Virus record (IMG/VR): IMGVR_UViG_3300048924_000619
Location: 1-64,000 of that record
Direction: 5' to 3' (one strand)
From: a virus
DNA length: 64,000 bases
Shown: positions 19,577 to 28,798 of the stretch, piece after piece
Layout: each line of letters opens with the position of its first letter
Position numbering within the stretch: position 1 is the stretch's first letter
Made by a program: the position numbers and the translations under genes
The notes under the pieces: generated by a model
Told to the model about the DNA's origin: nothing
The model's database searches: none
Seen by the model: only the letters and a program-made list of their open reading frames with translations

Positions 19577-19960
19577 CTAAGCCGCGAAAAGGTCGATTTG
19601 GGCGGCGAGCACGGGGTCGAGCGCCTCGACCTCCTCGTCCTCCTCCACCACGGGGGCGGGGGGCGCTTCGATCGCGTCCACGCCCTCGGCGTCGAATTGG
19701 GCGAGGTGCGTCGGCCGGAACTCATCGACCTTCGCAGCCGCCTTGAGCTGAGCCTTCCAGACGTCGTCGTCGGCGATCCGGGCCGCGAGAACCCGCGAAT
19801 ATCCAGGCTCGCAGCCGTCACGGAAGGCGACCAAAACCCGGAGCGCCTCGTCCATAAATTCCACGGTCGAGACGCTGGTCTTGAGCAGCAGGCCGTTGAA
19901 GCGGCGCTCGCCCTTGCTGGGCCGGACCGCGAAAACCATGTCGATTTCGATGCGGAGCAT
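19577..19960 (-). CDS. Hypothetical protein
   Basis: ATG 19960 with AGGAG RBS, downstream of operator-overlapped promoter; ends 'QIDLFAA' (clamp-binding-like). Confidence 0.65.
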   Translation of the reverse strand: MLRIEIDMVFAVRPSKGERRFNGLLLKTSVSTVEFMDEALRVLVAFRDGCEPGYSRVLAARIADDDVWKAQLKAAAKVDEFRPTHLAQFDAEGVDAIEAPPAPVVEEDEEVEALDPVLAAQIDLFAA

Positions 19961-19982
19961 TTCGGGCTCTCCTTTCGAAAGC

Positions 19983-20034
19983 CAATCTACCGGTAGACGA
20001 CGCGGGCGCAACGAGAACCCGTCTACCGGTAGAT
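19983..20034 (-). promoter_or_regulatory. Sigma70-like promoter overlapped by two perfect TCTACCGGTAGA palindromes
   Basis: Palindromes at 19986-19997 and 20022-20033; minus strand TTGCGC-N16-TAGATT. Confidence 0.75.
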
Positions 20035-20257
20035 CACGAATTGTTTCGGAGGAGCGCTCGACACTTAAGCGAGGGGTTTAATATCGGCATTTCGGAATTA
20101 ATTCCGCGCGCCTGGCTGTCGGCGCTGGGCGTCGTGAACGCAGGGTGATCGCGTACACCGCGGGTCGGCCTCTGCTTCGGCATGCTCCCGCGGTCAGTAT
20201 GTTGAGACCCTACCAAGGGCAGGCGGGATGGCCTCCGCCTTCAGCAGTGCGCTCGGT

Positions 20258-20503
20258 TCACCGTAGGGGGGCCGGGCGTGCTGCGCTTGAGCCGGTTATA
20301 GCGCCACCGCGGCCGGATCGCTCGGCGATCAGCATGGCCTCGAGCTGCTCCACCTGCTCGCGGAGCTGCCAATTCTCCTGCAGCGTGAACTGCGGATCCC
20401 AATGGGTTTCGAGGTGCATGATGTAGCGCCGCAACGGATCGGGCAGGGCGTTGATTGTGTCGGCCGTGGGCGTCCAGTCGTCGGGGATCTCGATCGTGGT
20501 CAT
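20258..20503 (-). CDS. Hypothetical protein
   Basis: 'INALPDPLRRYIMHLET' plus coiled coil. Confidence 0.65.
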   Translation of the reverse strand: MTTIEIPDDWTPTADTINALPDPLRRYIMHLETHWDPQFTLQENWQLREQVEQLEAMLIAERSGRGGAITGSSAARPAPLR

Positions 20504-20739
20504 GGCGCAGCCCGCTCCTCGCTGATCGATCTGGCGGCCGCCGCGGCGAGCTTCGCTTCCAGGATCTCCAGCAGCAGTTTGCGGGCGAGGTTGTCGGCCT
20601 TGTGCCGGCCGAGTTTGGCGCTGCGGCACCCATAGGCGCTTCCGACGTGAAGCTCGCCCGCTGCGATCGACCAATCGCCGCTCCAGCGCGTCGTACCGAG
20701 CTGCATGGAAAAGGCGATGTAGCGGGTCTCCAGTCTCAT
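20500..20739 (-). CDS. Hypothetical protein
   Basis: Coupled to downstream gene (ATGA overlap). Confidence 0.5.
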   Translation of the reverse strand: MRLETRYIAFSMQLGTTRWSGDWSIAAGELHVGSAYGCRSAKLGRHKADNLARKLLLEILEAKLAAAAARSISEERAAP

Positions 20740-20808
20740 GGCTCGCGGCTCAGTGCGGGGCGTGGAACTGATGTAGGCGCCCGCGCGCGGAGACAAGCGG
20801 GGCCGCGG

Positions 20809-21387
20809 TTATGACTGGGAGAACGGAGGCCAGTCACCCGTTCCCGCGGCGCGCTCCTCCATCTCCTCGGCGGCGATCCTGGTCAGGAAGTTGAGGATGG
20901 CCTCGGCGTCTTCAAGGCGCGGCTCCCATCCGCCGATGCGCCAGTTCATCGCGGCTGCGAGCATGGAGATCGCCATATATTTGGAACAGGTGATGGTGAA
21001 GCGTTCCTGCTTCAGGTGCTCAGCGGGTTCTGGCGGCGTGTAGCGCCTCGCGGCCCCAGCGTATGCCAGCGCGGCATCGAGCATCAGACCCTCAGACTGC
21101 AGAGTTCGGCTCTTTTGATGCTCCAACAGCGCTTCGTCGGCAAAGCTCCGCGCCGCCCTCACTTCATCCCAGCTGTCGGTCACTTCGGCTTCCTTCGTCG
21201 GTCGTAGGCTAGCGGTCACCCTGCGCAGATTATCCTGGAAGCCGTCCGGCCCGTCGAAGAAGACGGAACGCGAAGTATCGATCTCCAGGTGTTCGATGAT
21301 GTCGATCTCGCGCCCATCCGCTTCGTTGAGCCAGTAGTCAGTCCATTTGCCCGGCGGCGGGACGAGCGGCTTCGGTTCGTCGGTCAC
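20809..21387 (-). CDS. Hypothetical protein
   Basis: GTG 21387 coupled to upstream stop. Confidence 0.55.
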   Translation of the reverse strand: MTDEPKPLVPPPGKWTDYWLNEADGREIDIIEHLEIDTSRSVFFDGPDGFQDNLRRVTASLRPTKEAEVTDSWDEVRAARSFADEALLEHQKSRTLQSEGLMLDAALAYAGAARRYTPPEPAEHLKQERFTITCSKYMAISMLAAAMNWRIGGWEPRLEDAEAILNFLTRIAAEEMEERAAGTGDWPPFSQS

Positions 21388-21713
21388 TTGCTCTCTCCCG
21401 GTGCCTTCGGCATGTCGGCGTATGGATCGCAGATGCTGACAACCGGCTTGGTGGCCAGCACCTCGGATAGGTCGAGTTCGGGCCCCACCGGACCTGGGTC
21501 GCCGGTGTGGACCATCGCCAGCGGGTGGCCGCCGCACTTCGCGCATCCGACCGGGTTCGCTCCAGGGATCGAGCGGTCCTCGCTGTATTCGTGGGTGATG
21601 AAGGGAAAGGCGCCGGACGTTTGGTTCAACTCGGCGAAGCGCTCGCCTAGCGGCCTGATGCCCGCGGACTCAATCATGCCGCTGCCGGTCGTGTACTTCG
21701 GTTCGACGGTCAT
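21384..21713 (-). CDS. Hypothetical protein
   Basis: GGAGGAG RBS, CxxC motif. Confidence 0.55.
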   Translation of the reverse strand: MTVEPKYTTGSGMIESAGIRPLGERFAELNQTSGAFPFITHEYSEDRSIPGANPVGCAKCGGHPLAMVHTGDPGPVGPELDLSEVLATKPVVSICDPYADMPKAPGESK

Positions 21714-21812
21714 GAGTAGAAGCTCCTCCGAAGCCTGCCGACTCGCTCATGACGAGTCGGACGTGAAAATTAAGTCGCGGAAATTGCTCGTGTTTGGAAT
21801 TTCCGCGAATTT

Positions 21813-22184
21813 TTACTGGCGGTTTTGCCGGCGGTCGCTCTCGGTTTTCCTCCAATAGAGCAGTGCGCGGCCCTTGAAAGTCCCGAGGTCGTCGCCGCCG
21901 AACCAGCGGCGCGACGCAAGCATGACGGCGCCGACGCGATAGTCGCAATCCAGGTCGGCGAGCGCAGCCGGCGAGTCGGTTCCCGTGACCGTCTCGGCGT
22001 GCCTGAGGATGCGCTCAAGGTCCCGCATCCGGATCCCTAGCGACTTGGCGGCTGCGGCCAGCTGGGCCAGCTCAAGCGCCTCGGCCGGCGTGGTCTCGGT
22101 GATTACGCCTCGACAGGTCAGGGCCGTGGCGAAGTTGATGGCCGCGTTCGTCACGATCATGCGGTGGACGGGATCCTCGTCCAT
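21813..22184 (-). CDS. Hypothetical protein
   Basis: 123 aa in tightly packed operon. Confidence 0.6.
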   Translation of the reverse strand: MDEDPVHRMIVTNAAINFATALTCRGVITETTPAEALELAQLAAAAKSLGIRMRDLERILRHAETVTGTDSPAALADLDCDYRVGAVMLASRRWFGGDDLGTFKGRALLYWRKTESDRRQNRQ

Positions 22185-22185
22185 T

Positions 22186-22398
22186 TCAGGTCTCCATTGG
22201 CGGCTTACCGGTCATCTGCTCTTCCAGCTGGGCGAGTAGCGCCGAGGCGTCGGCCATCTCGTGCCGGCCGAAGGCCCGCTCTTCGGTGTGCTCGCTCCCA
22301 TCCGGCATGCGCCAGACGCACGTGATCGCGACAGCGCCGCCGGCGTCGCGATGGCTGAACCGGACGAGCACCCTTTCCAGCGGCGGCTTCGCGCTCAC
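22186..22398 (-). CDS. Hypothetical protein
   Basis: Coupled ORF. Confidence 0.55.
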   Translation of the reverse strand: MSAKPPLERVLVRFSHRDAGGAVAITCVWRMPDGSEHTEERAFGRHEMADASALLAQLEEQMTGKPPMET

Positions 22399-22709
22399 GG
22401 ATTCAGCCTCTTCCGCATCGCCGCCGCCTTCCGCCGAAACGAGCCGGCGCCGAGCCGCAGCCCCTCGGCCTGGGCGGGCGACCGCGCGTCGGCGGCCTCC
22501 TGCTCCATCTGGCCAGCGCGGGCCTCGTAGAGGGTGGCGAGCTGCTCACTGTCCGGCTGCTCGGCCTCGGTGTCGACGTAGGGCGTGGGGATGTCGGTCA
22601 TGGGCGCAGGATAGCGCGCCGCGGCGGACCGCGACAGGCGCCGGCGGATCGCCTGGATGCGCGCGAACCGTTCGGCGACGCTCTGGCGGGGAAGGAACGG
22701 CGGCGACAT
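22395..22709 (-). CDS. Hypothetical protein
   Basis: Coupled ORF. Confidence 0.5.
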   Translation of the reverse strand: MSPPFLPRQSVAERFARIQAIRRRLSRSAAARYPAPMTDIPTPYVDTEAEQPDSEQLATLYEARAGQMEQEAADARSPAQAEGLRLGAGSFRRKAAAMRKRLNP

Positions 22710-22957
22710 CAGACGGCCCGCGTGATGCGGTAGGGCACGTCAGCGTAGCGTTCGGCCATCAGCGCTCGCACGAAGTTCCATTCGGCGATGTTGAAGAGGT
22801 CGAAGTGCAGCGCGTCGTAGCGGCCGGCGTGAACCGCAGCCGCTCCGGCCGCGCACATGTCGGTGAGCTGCTGGCGTGGCGTGTATGGCTCTGCGGGGCG
22901 CGGGGGCCCGTCGTGAAGCGGTCGATCCAGGAACGCTGCCTGCGCCTCGGGGGTCAC
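22709..22957 (-). CDS. Hypothetical protein
   Basis: GTG 22957 coupled to upstream stop. Confidence 0.55.
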   Translation of the reverse strand: MTPEAQAAFLDRPLHDGPPRPAEPYTPRQQLTDMCAAGAAAVHAGRYDALHFDLFNIAEWNFVRALMAERYADVPYRITRAV

Positions 22958-23181
22958 TTCTTCGCCCTCAGGATCTCGGTGCACCTGTCGAGCACGGCCT
23001 CGATATTATCCGCGGCGCGCTCGCCTTCGGTCTTCGGCCTGGTCGGCTGTTCCTCCGCCCGCGCCGCGTCGAGCAGTTTCGCGATGGCGCTGACCGTGAG
23101 CGTCACCTTCGGATCGCCGGCGGGGAGCGCGCGGCCGAATTTGCGCTCCAGGAGGGCGCGGTTGGCAGGGGAGATGGTCAT
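22954..23181 (-). CDS. Hypothetical protein
   Basis: MTISPANRALL...; shares 'SPANR.L...LLD.ARAE' with neighbour 23178-23660. Confidence 0.6.
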   Translation of the reverse strand: MTISPANRALLERKFGRALPAGDPKVTLTVSAIAKLLDAARAEEQPTRPKTEGERAADNIEAVLDRCTEILRAKK

Positions 23182-23660
23182 GCGTCGGACGCTCCCGTGA
23201 TCTTGACGAGGAGAGGCTCGCCGACATGCCGCCACCAGAGATCGTTGTAGGCGGCCCTCCAGGCGTCACGTTCTCCCTCCGCGACGACAGCGGCCCTCGA
23301 CCGGGCGCCGGCGTCGAGGATGAGCTCCCGAACCCGCATCACTGCCTCGTGCGAGCCGTACACGAACAGGCTGCCGGACCCGTCGCCGACGCCGATGGAG
23401 CAGCCGAGCTCGGCCTCCTTCTCGGCGCGGCCCTGCAGCCTCCCCTCGGCGCGGGCGGAGTCCAGGAGGGCGTTGAGCCTGTCGAAGCCCAACCTCGCCA
23501 GATCAACCACGCGCGTCTTCATGCCGACGTCGTGCTCGGGGATCAGGGCGAAGAGCTTCCGATTCGCCGGGCTGAGCGCCGCCTCGGGAACACGGGTGCA
23601 GGTCTCGCGCGGCCCAATGCACGCGCCGGCGCCGCAGGTGGGGCAGTCGGTCCAGCTCAC
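23178..23660 (-). CDS. Hypothetical protein with N-terminal CxxC
   Basis: 'CPTCGAGAC'; 'GDGSGSLFVYGSHEAV'. Confidence 0.6.
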   Translation of the reverse strand: MSWTDCPTCGAGACIGPRETCTRVPEAALSPANRKLFALIPEHDVGMKTRVVDLARLGFDRLNALLDSARAEGRLQGRAEKEAELGCSIGVGDGSGSLFVYGSHEAVMRVRELILDAGARSRAAVVAEGERDAWRAAYNDLWWRHVGEPLLVKITGASDA

Positions 23661-24022
23661 GGCTTCACCTCGGCCTCGGCCAGCACGGGCCGCAGGCAGG
23701 TCATCTCCCGCTCTTCCAGGATGATCGTGTGCGGCTCGACGCGCTCGGCCTGGGTGGCCAGGCGCTCCGCGGTCTCCAGCATGTGCGCCTCAAACCAGTA
23801 GGCGCCGCCGTGGCACTCGTCCGGCAGGTCCGAGAAATAGCCGGCTTCGAAGCACTGCTCAGCGAGGGCGCGGCCGATCGGCCGCTTGCGGAACACGCCG
23901 CGCTGCCGCTGGGCGACATCCTGGATCCACTTCTCCTTGCGGAGTTGGAATTCAGCGGACCAGTGATCGGCCGCGTCCAGGGCGGCCTTGCGCACGACGG
24001 CGCGGGGATAAATGCCGCGCAT
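23657..24022 (-). CDS. Hypothetical protein
   Basis: ATG 24022, coupled downstream. Confidence 0.55.
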   Translation of the reverse strand: MRGIYPRAVVRKAALDAADHWSAEFQLRKEKWIQDVAQRQRGVFRKRPIGRALAEQCFEAGYFSDLPDECHGGAYWFEAHMLETAERLATQAERVEPHTIILEEREMTCLRPVLAEAEVKP

Positions 24023-24024
24023 GG

Positions 24025-24315
24025 TCAGACGCTCTCGACCTTGACGCCGACGATCTGAGCGAGCGCCTGCAGGAGGTCGCCGCCGTACGAGCAACCGGAG
24101 CCGTATCCGCCGTCGCCGAGTGGCGGGTCAAACGCGTCGCTGTCAGACGCGAGGAGGTTCCCCTCTTCCCATTCTTCGTAGTCGTTGGGGGCTTTGCTGT
24201 AGGGAAACGGATTTTTGGACGGGTGCAAACGGTGCAGCGTCCACCCGTCGTTATCGACGATCGCGACGCAGCCGGGGTTCGCCTTGATGATCTCGGCGAG
24301 GTTTTTCGTGGTCAC
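24025..24315 (-). CDS. Hypothetical protein
   Basis: 'AIVDNDGW...GYGSGCSYGGDLLQALA'. Confidence 0.65.
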   Translation of the reverse strand: MTTKNLAEIIKANPGCVAIVDNDGWTLHRLHPSKNPFPYSKAPNDYEEWEEGNLLASDSDAFDPPLGDGGYGSGCSYGGDLLQALAQIVGVKVESV

Positions 24316-24369
24316 AGTCGTTGTCTCCGAGTCGGACTGAAATTCCAGCCCGCGGAAATTGCTGAGAGA

Positions 24370-24915
24370 TCAGGCGCGCTCGTCGACGCGGCTGGCGGTT
24401 TTGCTGGCGGTTTCGTTGCCCCGGCAGCACCAATGAGAGCCATCCCGGCCTCTCCAAAGGCGCATGCAGCGACAGCGAATTCCGGCGGTGAGCTTGCGGT
24501 AGCCGTCGGGCGGATCCCATGCGAAGGGGCCTTCTTTCGGCGGCTCAGGCGGCTCTGGGATGCGGGCGCCGATCTCCAGCTCGTTCGGTTGGAAGCGATG
24601 CGAGTCGCCGGGGAGCAGGAACGTGCCGGCGTCGAATTGTGCGGGCTCCCACGGGCTAGGTTCACCTTCGCCGCCGAGCACCCTCACCCAATAGGTGCCG
24701 CCCTCGACGGGCGCGTTCGGGTCGACGACGCGCAACATGATGTGAGAGCCGGAGCCGGACATGATGCGCTCTAGCTGCAGGCCGGGCTTCACCTTGATCA
24801 TGTCGGACATGCGGAGCGTGGTTTCGCCGTCGGCCCGCAGCACGAGCGCAATTACGAGCTCGCGGAGCTGCTCACGCTCCTGCTCGGGCGTGGGGACGTA
24901 CAGAACACTGGCCAT
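24370..24915 (-). CDS. Hypothetical protein
   Basis: GGAGG RBS; 181 aa. Confidence 0.55.
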   Translation of the reverse strand: MASVLYVPTPEQEREQLRELVIALVLRADGETTLRMSDMIKVKPGLQLERIMSGSGSHIMLRVVDPNAPVEGGTYWVRVLGGEGEPSPWEPAQFDAGTFLLPGDSHRFQPNELEIGARIPEPPEPPKEGPFAWDPPDGYRKLTAGIRCRCMRLWRGRDGSHWCCRGNETASKTASRVDERA

Positions 24916-24966
24916 GTCGGCCTCCAGGAAGGGGACGCCAGGCGCGAGGCCCGGCGCCCGTGGGGC

Positions 24967-25161
24967 CTAGGCGGCGCGGAGAGTGCTGGGGCGGGTCTTG
25001 CGGGTCTGGCCGTCGTCGCCCTTTACGTGGGCCCAGATGCCGCCGCCGCGAGCCTTGCCGAGATCCTCAAGGCGCTCGACGGTGCCGGTCACGTCCTTCG
25101 GATAGCGGCCCGTGGTGGTATAGGCGACCCGGTCACCGGCCTTGAAGTTCACTTCGCTCAT
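24967..25161 (-). CDS. Small SH3/KOW-like basic protein
   Basis: 'FKAGDRVAY...GTVE...WAHVKGDDG'. Confidence 0.65.
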   Translation of the reverse strand: MSEVNFKAGDRVAYTTTGRYPKDVTGTVERLEDLGKARGGGIWAHVKGDDGQTRKTRPSTLRAA

Positions 25162-25221
25162 CTGGACTTTCCTTGCATGCGTCTCTGAACGCTGCGCAAG
25201 GGTCGGGCGAATAGTTCCCGA

Positions 25222-25279
25222 ATTCTAGGCGGATACCGGGGACTTCGCGGGCAGTCGCGGGAACATGACCTCTGGAACC
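25222..25279 (-). promoter_or_regulatory. Leftward promoter CCGCC-TAGAAT with GGGAAC-like repeats
   Basis: ATTCTAGGCGGAT identical to 17718; CCGGGGACTT/CGCGGGCAGT/CGCGGGAACA. Confidence 0.6.
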
Positions 25280-25398
25280 TTGACTTTTGGGCCCGCCTGT
25301 GAGCATATTGGGGCTTCGGGCCCCCTGGGTCTGTCCACATGCGGGCGTCGTAACCCGCGGGCAGATCCAGGGGGCCTTCGCCGTTCCTGGATCCGGAC

Positions 25399-25769
25399 CG
25401 GTACACATCCGACCCTTGAATTAATTAGGGATTTCGAGATTTGTACCGGCCGCCCGGAAAGCGGTACAAAATCCGGTACACGCTAAGGCGTTGAACCGAA
25501 ACGCGAAATCGCGATTTGTACCGATGTACCGGCCATCTCCGAAAATATACCCAGCATGCGCGTGATGGATCCCCATCGCGTGATACCCCATGCCTGATAT
25601 ATCCCTCTCACGGGGGGTCTATATTTCTATTTATATCGGTACATCGGTACATATAGATAATAATAGAGCAAAAACAGATAGTTAGATTGTACCGCTTTTT
25701 GTACCGGTTTTTCGCTCCGTGGGACAAATGCAGAAAAGCCCAGCGAACTCTGAGGCTTGCACTGTACCG
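25399..25769. other. Candidate replication origin: 11 TGTACCG iterons around an AT-rich core
   Basis: Copies at 25399r, 25442, 25462r, 25474r, 25517, 25525, 25637r, 25645r, 25688, 25700, 25763; AT-rich 25595-25690; gene orientation switches here. Confidence 0.8.
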
Positions 25770-25823
25770 GTCTGGCCTCGCAGGCCCATCAAGCCCCGCC
25801 AACCCGGCGAATATGCATCCCCC

Positions 25824-25890
25824 AGGTTCCCGCGACTTCCCAAGTATTCGCCTGCCGCTCTGCGAGTGCCCGCGAACGCCCGCCTATCCT
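25824..25890 (+). promoter_or_regulatory. Rightward promoter CCGCC-TATCCT with GTTCCC repeats
   Basis: Inverted counterpart of 25222-25265 (GGTTCCCGCGACTTCCC; CGAGTGCCCGCGAA). Confidence 0.55.
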
Positions 25891-26008
25891 TGAGACAATA
25901 AAGCCCGACGCGTGAGACCCCTTTTGGCAGGGGTAAGGCCGTCCAGTCTCCAGCGGCCCTCACCGGTCTAGTCAACCGGGCCCCCTCCACCTTCCGAGGG
26001 GTTCGCAC

Positions 26009-26611
26009 GTGGCTCACGCCCGCAAACAGGTCGAGACGCTTCCGCCGCCGCCGGGCCCCGCCCGCGACGCTGACGGCGTCTCGTACCTGGAGGACGCCAG
26101 CGCTCCGGGGCTGAAGTTCTTCCGGTGCGAACCCCACCGCGCCACGCTGTCGATGAAGGGGTGCGCCGGCCGCTGGATCGAGGCGCAGGTTGCGAGCGGG
26201 GAGGCCAGCGAGCGCCTCACAGCCTGCCGCAGCTGCCCGATCGGCGCCGCGCACGCCGGATATGCGCCGGTCCGATATTCCCCGTATTTCGGGACGTCGA
26301 TCTGTCCCCGCCACGGGGGCGGCACGACGCGCATGATCGGCAATCGGGTCTGCGTCAGCTGCTACAACCGCCAGCGGGAAATGAAGGCGGGGAAGAACGC
26401 TCGCGGCAATAAGCCCGTTGAGCTGCTCCAGAACCCGCTGCGCGCCCTCGAGCTTCGCCTCGAGGTCGACGGGACCGCGCGCCGCTTCCGCGACCGCGAG
26501 ACGTCCAGCTCCACCGAAACCATGGTCCAGGTGCTCCGCACGACGAAGGGCGAAATCGCCTTCGGCTTCTCGGGCTCGGACCGCCAACTCCGTCAAGGGA
26601 GGCTGTTTTGA
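26009..26611 (+). CDS. Cys-rich zinc-binding hypothetical protein
   Basis: Several CxxC/CxxH motifs; ends 'QGRLF' (clamp-binding-like). Confidence 0.7.
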   Translation: MAHARKQVETLPPPPGPARDADGVSYLEDASAPGLKFFRCEPHRATLSMKGCAGRWIEAQVASGEASERLTACRSCPIGAAHAGYAPVRYSPYFGTSICPRHGGGTTRMIGNRVCVSCYNRQREMKAGKNARGNKPVELLQNPLRALELRLEVDGTARRFRDRETSSSTETMVQVLRTTKGEIAFGFSGSDRQLRQGRLF

Positions 26612-26778
26612 GCCTGTCAGATCAGGCCGACGCGCTCGCGTCGTTCTTCGCTATCGCCATCGCGGTCGGGGCCTTCGTCAAGGCCGTGATCGACACGGTG
26701 GCCGGGCGCCTGACGCCCATGGTGGTTGCGCTCTTCCTCATCGGCCTGGCGGTCGTCTTGCGCTGGATCGGCGAATAA
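26608..26778 (+). CDS. Small two-TM membrane protein (not in ORF track)
   Basis: TTG start with GGAGG RBS; MSLSDQADALASFFAIAIAVG...LRWIGE. Confidence 0.55.
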   Translation: MSLSDQADALASFFAIAIAVGAFVKAVIDTVAGRLTPMVVALFLIGLAVVLRWIGE

Positions 26779-26936
26779 TGGCGGCCGTCCTCACCCTGGC
26801 GATGCTGTTCGTCTTCGCCGGCGCGGCGACCGCCTGGTCGCTGTTCGTCTGGCTCCTAGTCGCGATCATGTTCTGGGTCATCGCCCTGCTGGCGGCGGCC
26901 TGGGAGCGGGTCGCCCGGACCTTCCGCCGTGGCTGA
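26778..26936 (+). CDS. Small hydrophobic membrane protein
   Basis: TAATG coupling; MAAVLTLAMLFVF... Confidence 0.55.
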   Translation: MAAVLTLAMLFVFAGAATAWSLFVWLLVAIMFWVIALLAAAWERVARTFRRG

Positions 26937-27198
26937 ACACGTCTGGGCCATCACGGACCATGTGTGCCTGAGCTGCTTCGGCCGGGTGCTGGAGTCCAAG
27001 CCCAAGGACGGTCCGCGGAAATTCCGCTGCTCGAATTGCGGTGTCGAGGGCGAGGGGCGGCAAGGCCTCTCGCACCCGCCGATCTGCGCGTGCGGGTCGA
27101 GGCTCGGGAAGCGCGACGCCGGGATCCGCTGCGTCCGCAATGAGCGGCCGCGGCCCGAATTTCCCTCTGAAATTATTGCTCGCGAGGTCCGCTCATGA
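26929..27198 (+). CDS. Small zinc-finger protein
   Basis: 'DHVCLSCFGRVL..RCSNCG..ICACG'. Confidence 0.7.
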   Translation: MAEHVWAITDHVCLSCFGRVLESKPKDGPRKFRCSNCGVEGEGRQGLSHPPICACGSRLGKRDAGIRCVRNERPRPEFPSEIIAREVRS

Positions 27199-27392
27199 AT
27201 TTCGGAAAAATCCTCTTGGGCGTGGCGGCCGTGGTCGCAGCCTGGAAATTCGGCGAGGCGGCCAAGTCGGTCGGCCGGGCGCAGGAGATCCGCGCCCACG
27301 GCTATGCGGAGCTGGCCGAAGCGCATGCCACGGCGATCATCGACGAAATCGGCCTCGGCGCCGATGACGACGAAGAGCCGACGGTGCACTGA
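27195..27392 (+). CDS. Small protein with N-terminal TM
   Basis: Coupled ORF. Confidence 0.55.
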   Translation: MNFGKILLGVAAVVAAWKFGEAAKSVGRAQEIRAHGYAELAEAHATAIIDEIGLGADDDEEPTVH

Positions 27393-27808
27393 TGCGCACC
27401 CGGTTCGAGCCGATGCGCCCCTGGACGCGGTCGCACGAGAAATTCGCCGACGCCTGGGGCGAGCTCGGAATTGCGTGCGCGGCGAGCCCCTGGTGGGCCG
27501 GTGGCAAGCTGTCGAATTGGCTGTTCGTCCGCTGGGGCGTCCACACGATCCGGGAGTTGACGCCGGCGCAAGCGCGGGCCGGCTGCCGTCAGCTGAACGC
27601 GTGGCGCGCCAGCGTCGAGGGGCGGACGCAGGGCTTTCGCGAATATCCCCGCCAGTGGCGGCGTAACCGTCGGGTGGCTGCAGCGTACCGGACCGCCAGC
27701 AAAACCGCCGGTGCCACCCTCGAGAAATCCGAAAACCTCATTGTTGGCGTGGCCTTAGCGGGCCTTGGCCGACTCATGCCGACCGAGTCTGATCATGCTG
27801 AACGCTGA
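27392..27808 (+). CDS. Hypothetical protein
   Basis: Coupled ORF. Confidence 0.55.
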   Translation: MRTRFEPMRPWTRSHEKFADAWGELGIACAASPWWAGGKLSNWLFVRWGVHTIRELTPAQARAGCRQLNAWRASVEGRTQGFREYPRQWRRNRRVAAAYRTASKTAGATLEKSENLIVGVALAGLGRLMPTESDHAER

Positions 27809-28052
27809 AGACCTCCGCCGGATCGGCGAAGCCGCGCACGCTGCTCCCTTCCATACGCGCGTCGAGATCTGGCCCAGCGGGCTGGAAATCCGCGCGGTCA
27901 GTCGCAGCATCCCGGACGCCAAGTTCGTGACGGCGGCGAAAATGGTCGCCCACGATTGGATCTCGACGCTCAGCTGTCCTGTCGACGTCGTGCTCAAGGA
28001 AATCGAAAGCGTCAACGCTCAGGTCGCTGCCGAGCTGAGGGCGGCGCGCTGA
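27795..28052 (+). CDS. Hypothetical protein
   Basis: MLNAEDLRR...; coupled downstream. Confidence 0.55.
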   Translation: MLNAEDLRRIGEAAHAAPFHTRVEIWPSGLEIRAVSRSIPDAKFVTAAKMVAHDWISTLSCPVDVVLKEIESVNAQVAAELRAAR

Positions 28053-28798
28053 TGCCCCACGGCAAAAACATCGCCGGCCGGACGTTCGGCGGCCTGACCG
28101 CGGTCGCTCCGACCCCGCGCCGCACCCATGGGTCCGTGGTCTGGCAACTCCGCTGCGGATGCGGAACGTCGGTAGAGCGGGCCATGCGCTACCTCTCGGC
28201 GTCCGAGGAAAAGGGGTGGGCGCCAAGCTGCGGCTGCCTCACCCGCGGACGAGCAAGTGCATTTGCGATCGACCTGACCGGTGCACGCTACGGCCGGCTC
28301 AAGGTGATCTCCTGCGAGGACGCGAAGGGGCAGGGCCTCCGCTGGCGCTGCGAATGCGACTGCGGAAATTTCACGATCGCCCGGACCAAGGATCTCCGCG
28401 CCGAGACGACGACCAGCTGCGGGTGCGGTCGAGGTGCGGGCGCCCGCCGCCGCCAGCCGGCCGAGTGGCGCGGCGGCACGATCGAGAACGGCGAGAAATT
28501 CGGCCGCCTGACGGTCGGTTTCTTGGTCTGCCTGGAAAATGGCGCGCGCCACTACTGGTGCGACTGCGCCTGCGGCGGGGGGAAGGTCGTCCGCGGCGGC
28601 CTTCTGGTCAGCGGTCAAACGAAATCCTGCGGCTGCCTGCGCGGCCGGCCGGCGGCGGCGAAAAAGGCCGAAGCCCGCCAGCGCGCCATTCAAACCGCCG
28701 GCAAAACCGCCAGCTCCCTGAAGGCTGACGCCAAAACCCGCTTGGAACTCAACGCGGAAATGGGCCGCGGCCGATTCACCTCCAGCGAGTCCGCCTGA
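28052..28798 (+). CDS. Protein of three tandem HNH-associated zinc repeats, no nuclease domain seen
   Basis: 3x 'G.xFG.L.V...W.C.C.CG...SCGC'. Confidence 0.7.
   Translation: MPHGKNIAGRTFGGLTAVAPTPRRTHGSVVWQLRCGCGTSVERAMRYLSASEEKGWAPSCGCLTRGRASAFAIDLTGARYGRLKVISCEDAKGQGLRWRCECDCGNFTIARTKDLRAETTTSCGCGRGAGARRRQPAEWRGGTIENGEKFGRLTVGFLVCLENGARHYWCDCACGGGKVVRGGLLVSGQTKSCGCLRGRPAAAKKAEARQRAIQTAGKTASSLKADAKTRLELNAEMGRGRFTSSESA

Noticed and set aside
25399-25769. Repeats considered as a CRISPR array
   Set aside because: 7-bp units in both orientations with irregular spacing; no cas genes; fits iterons
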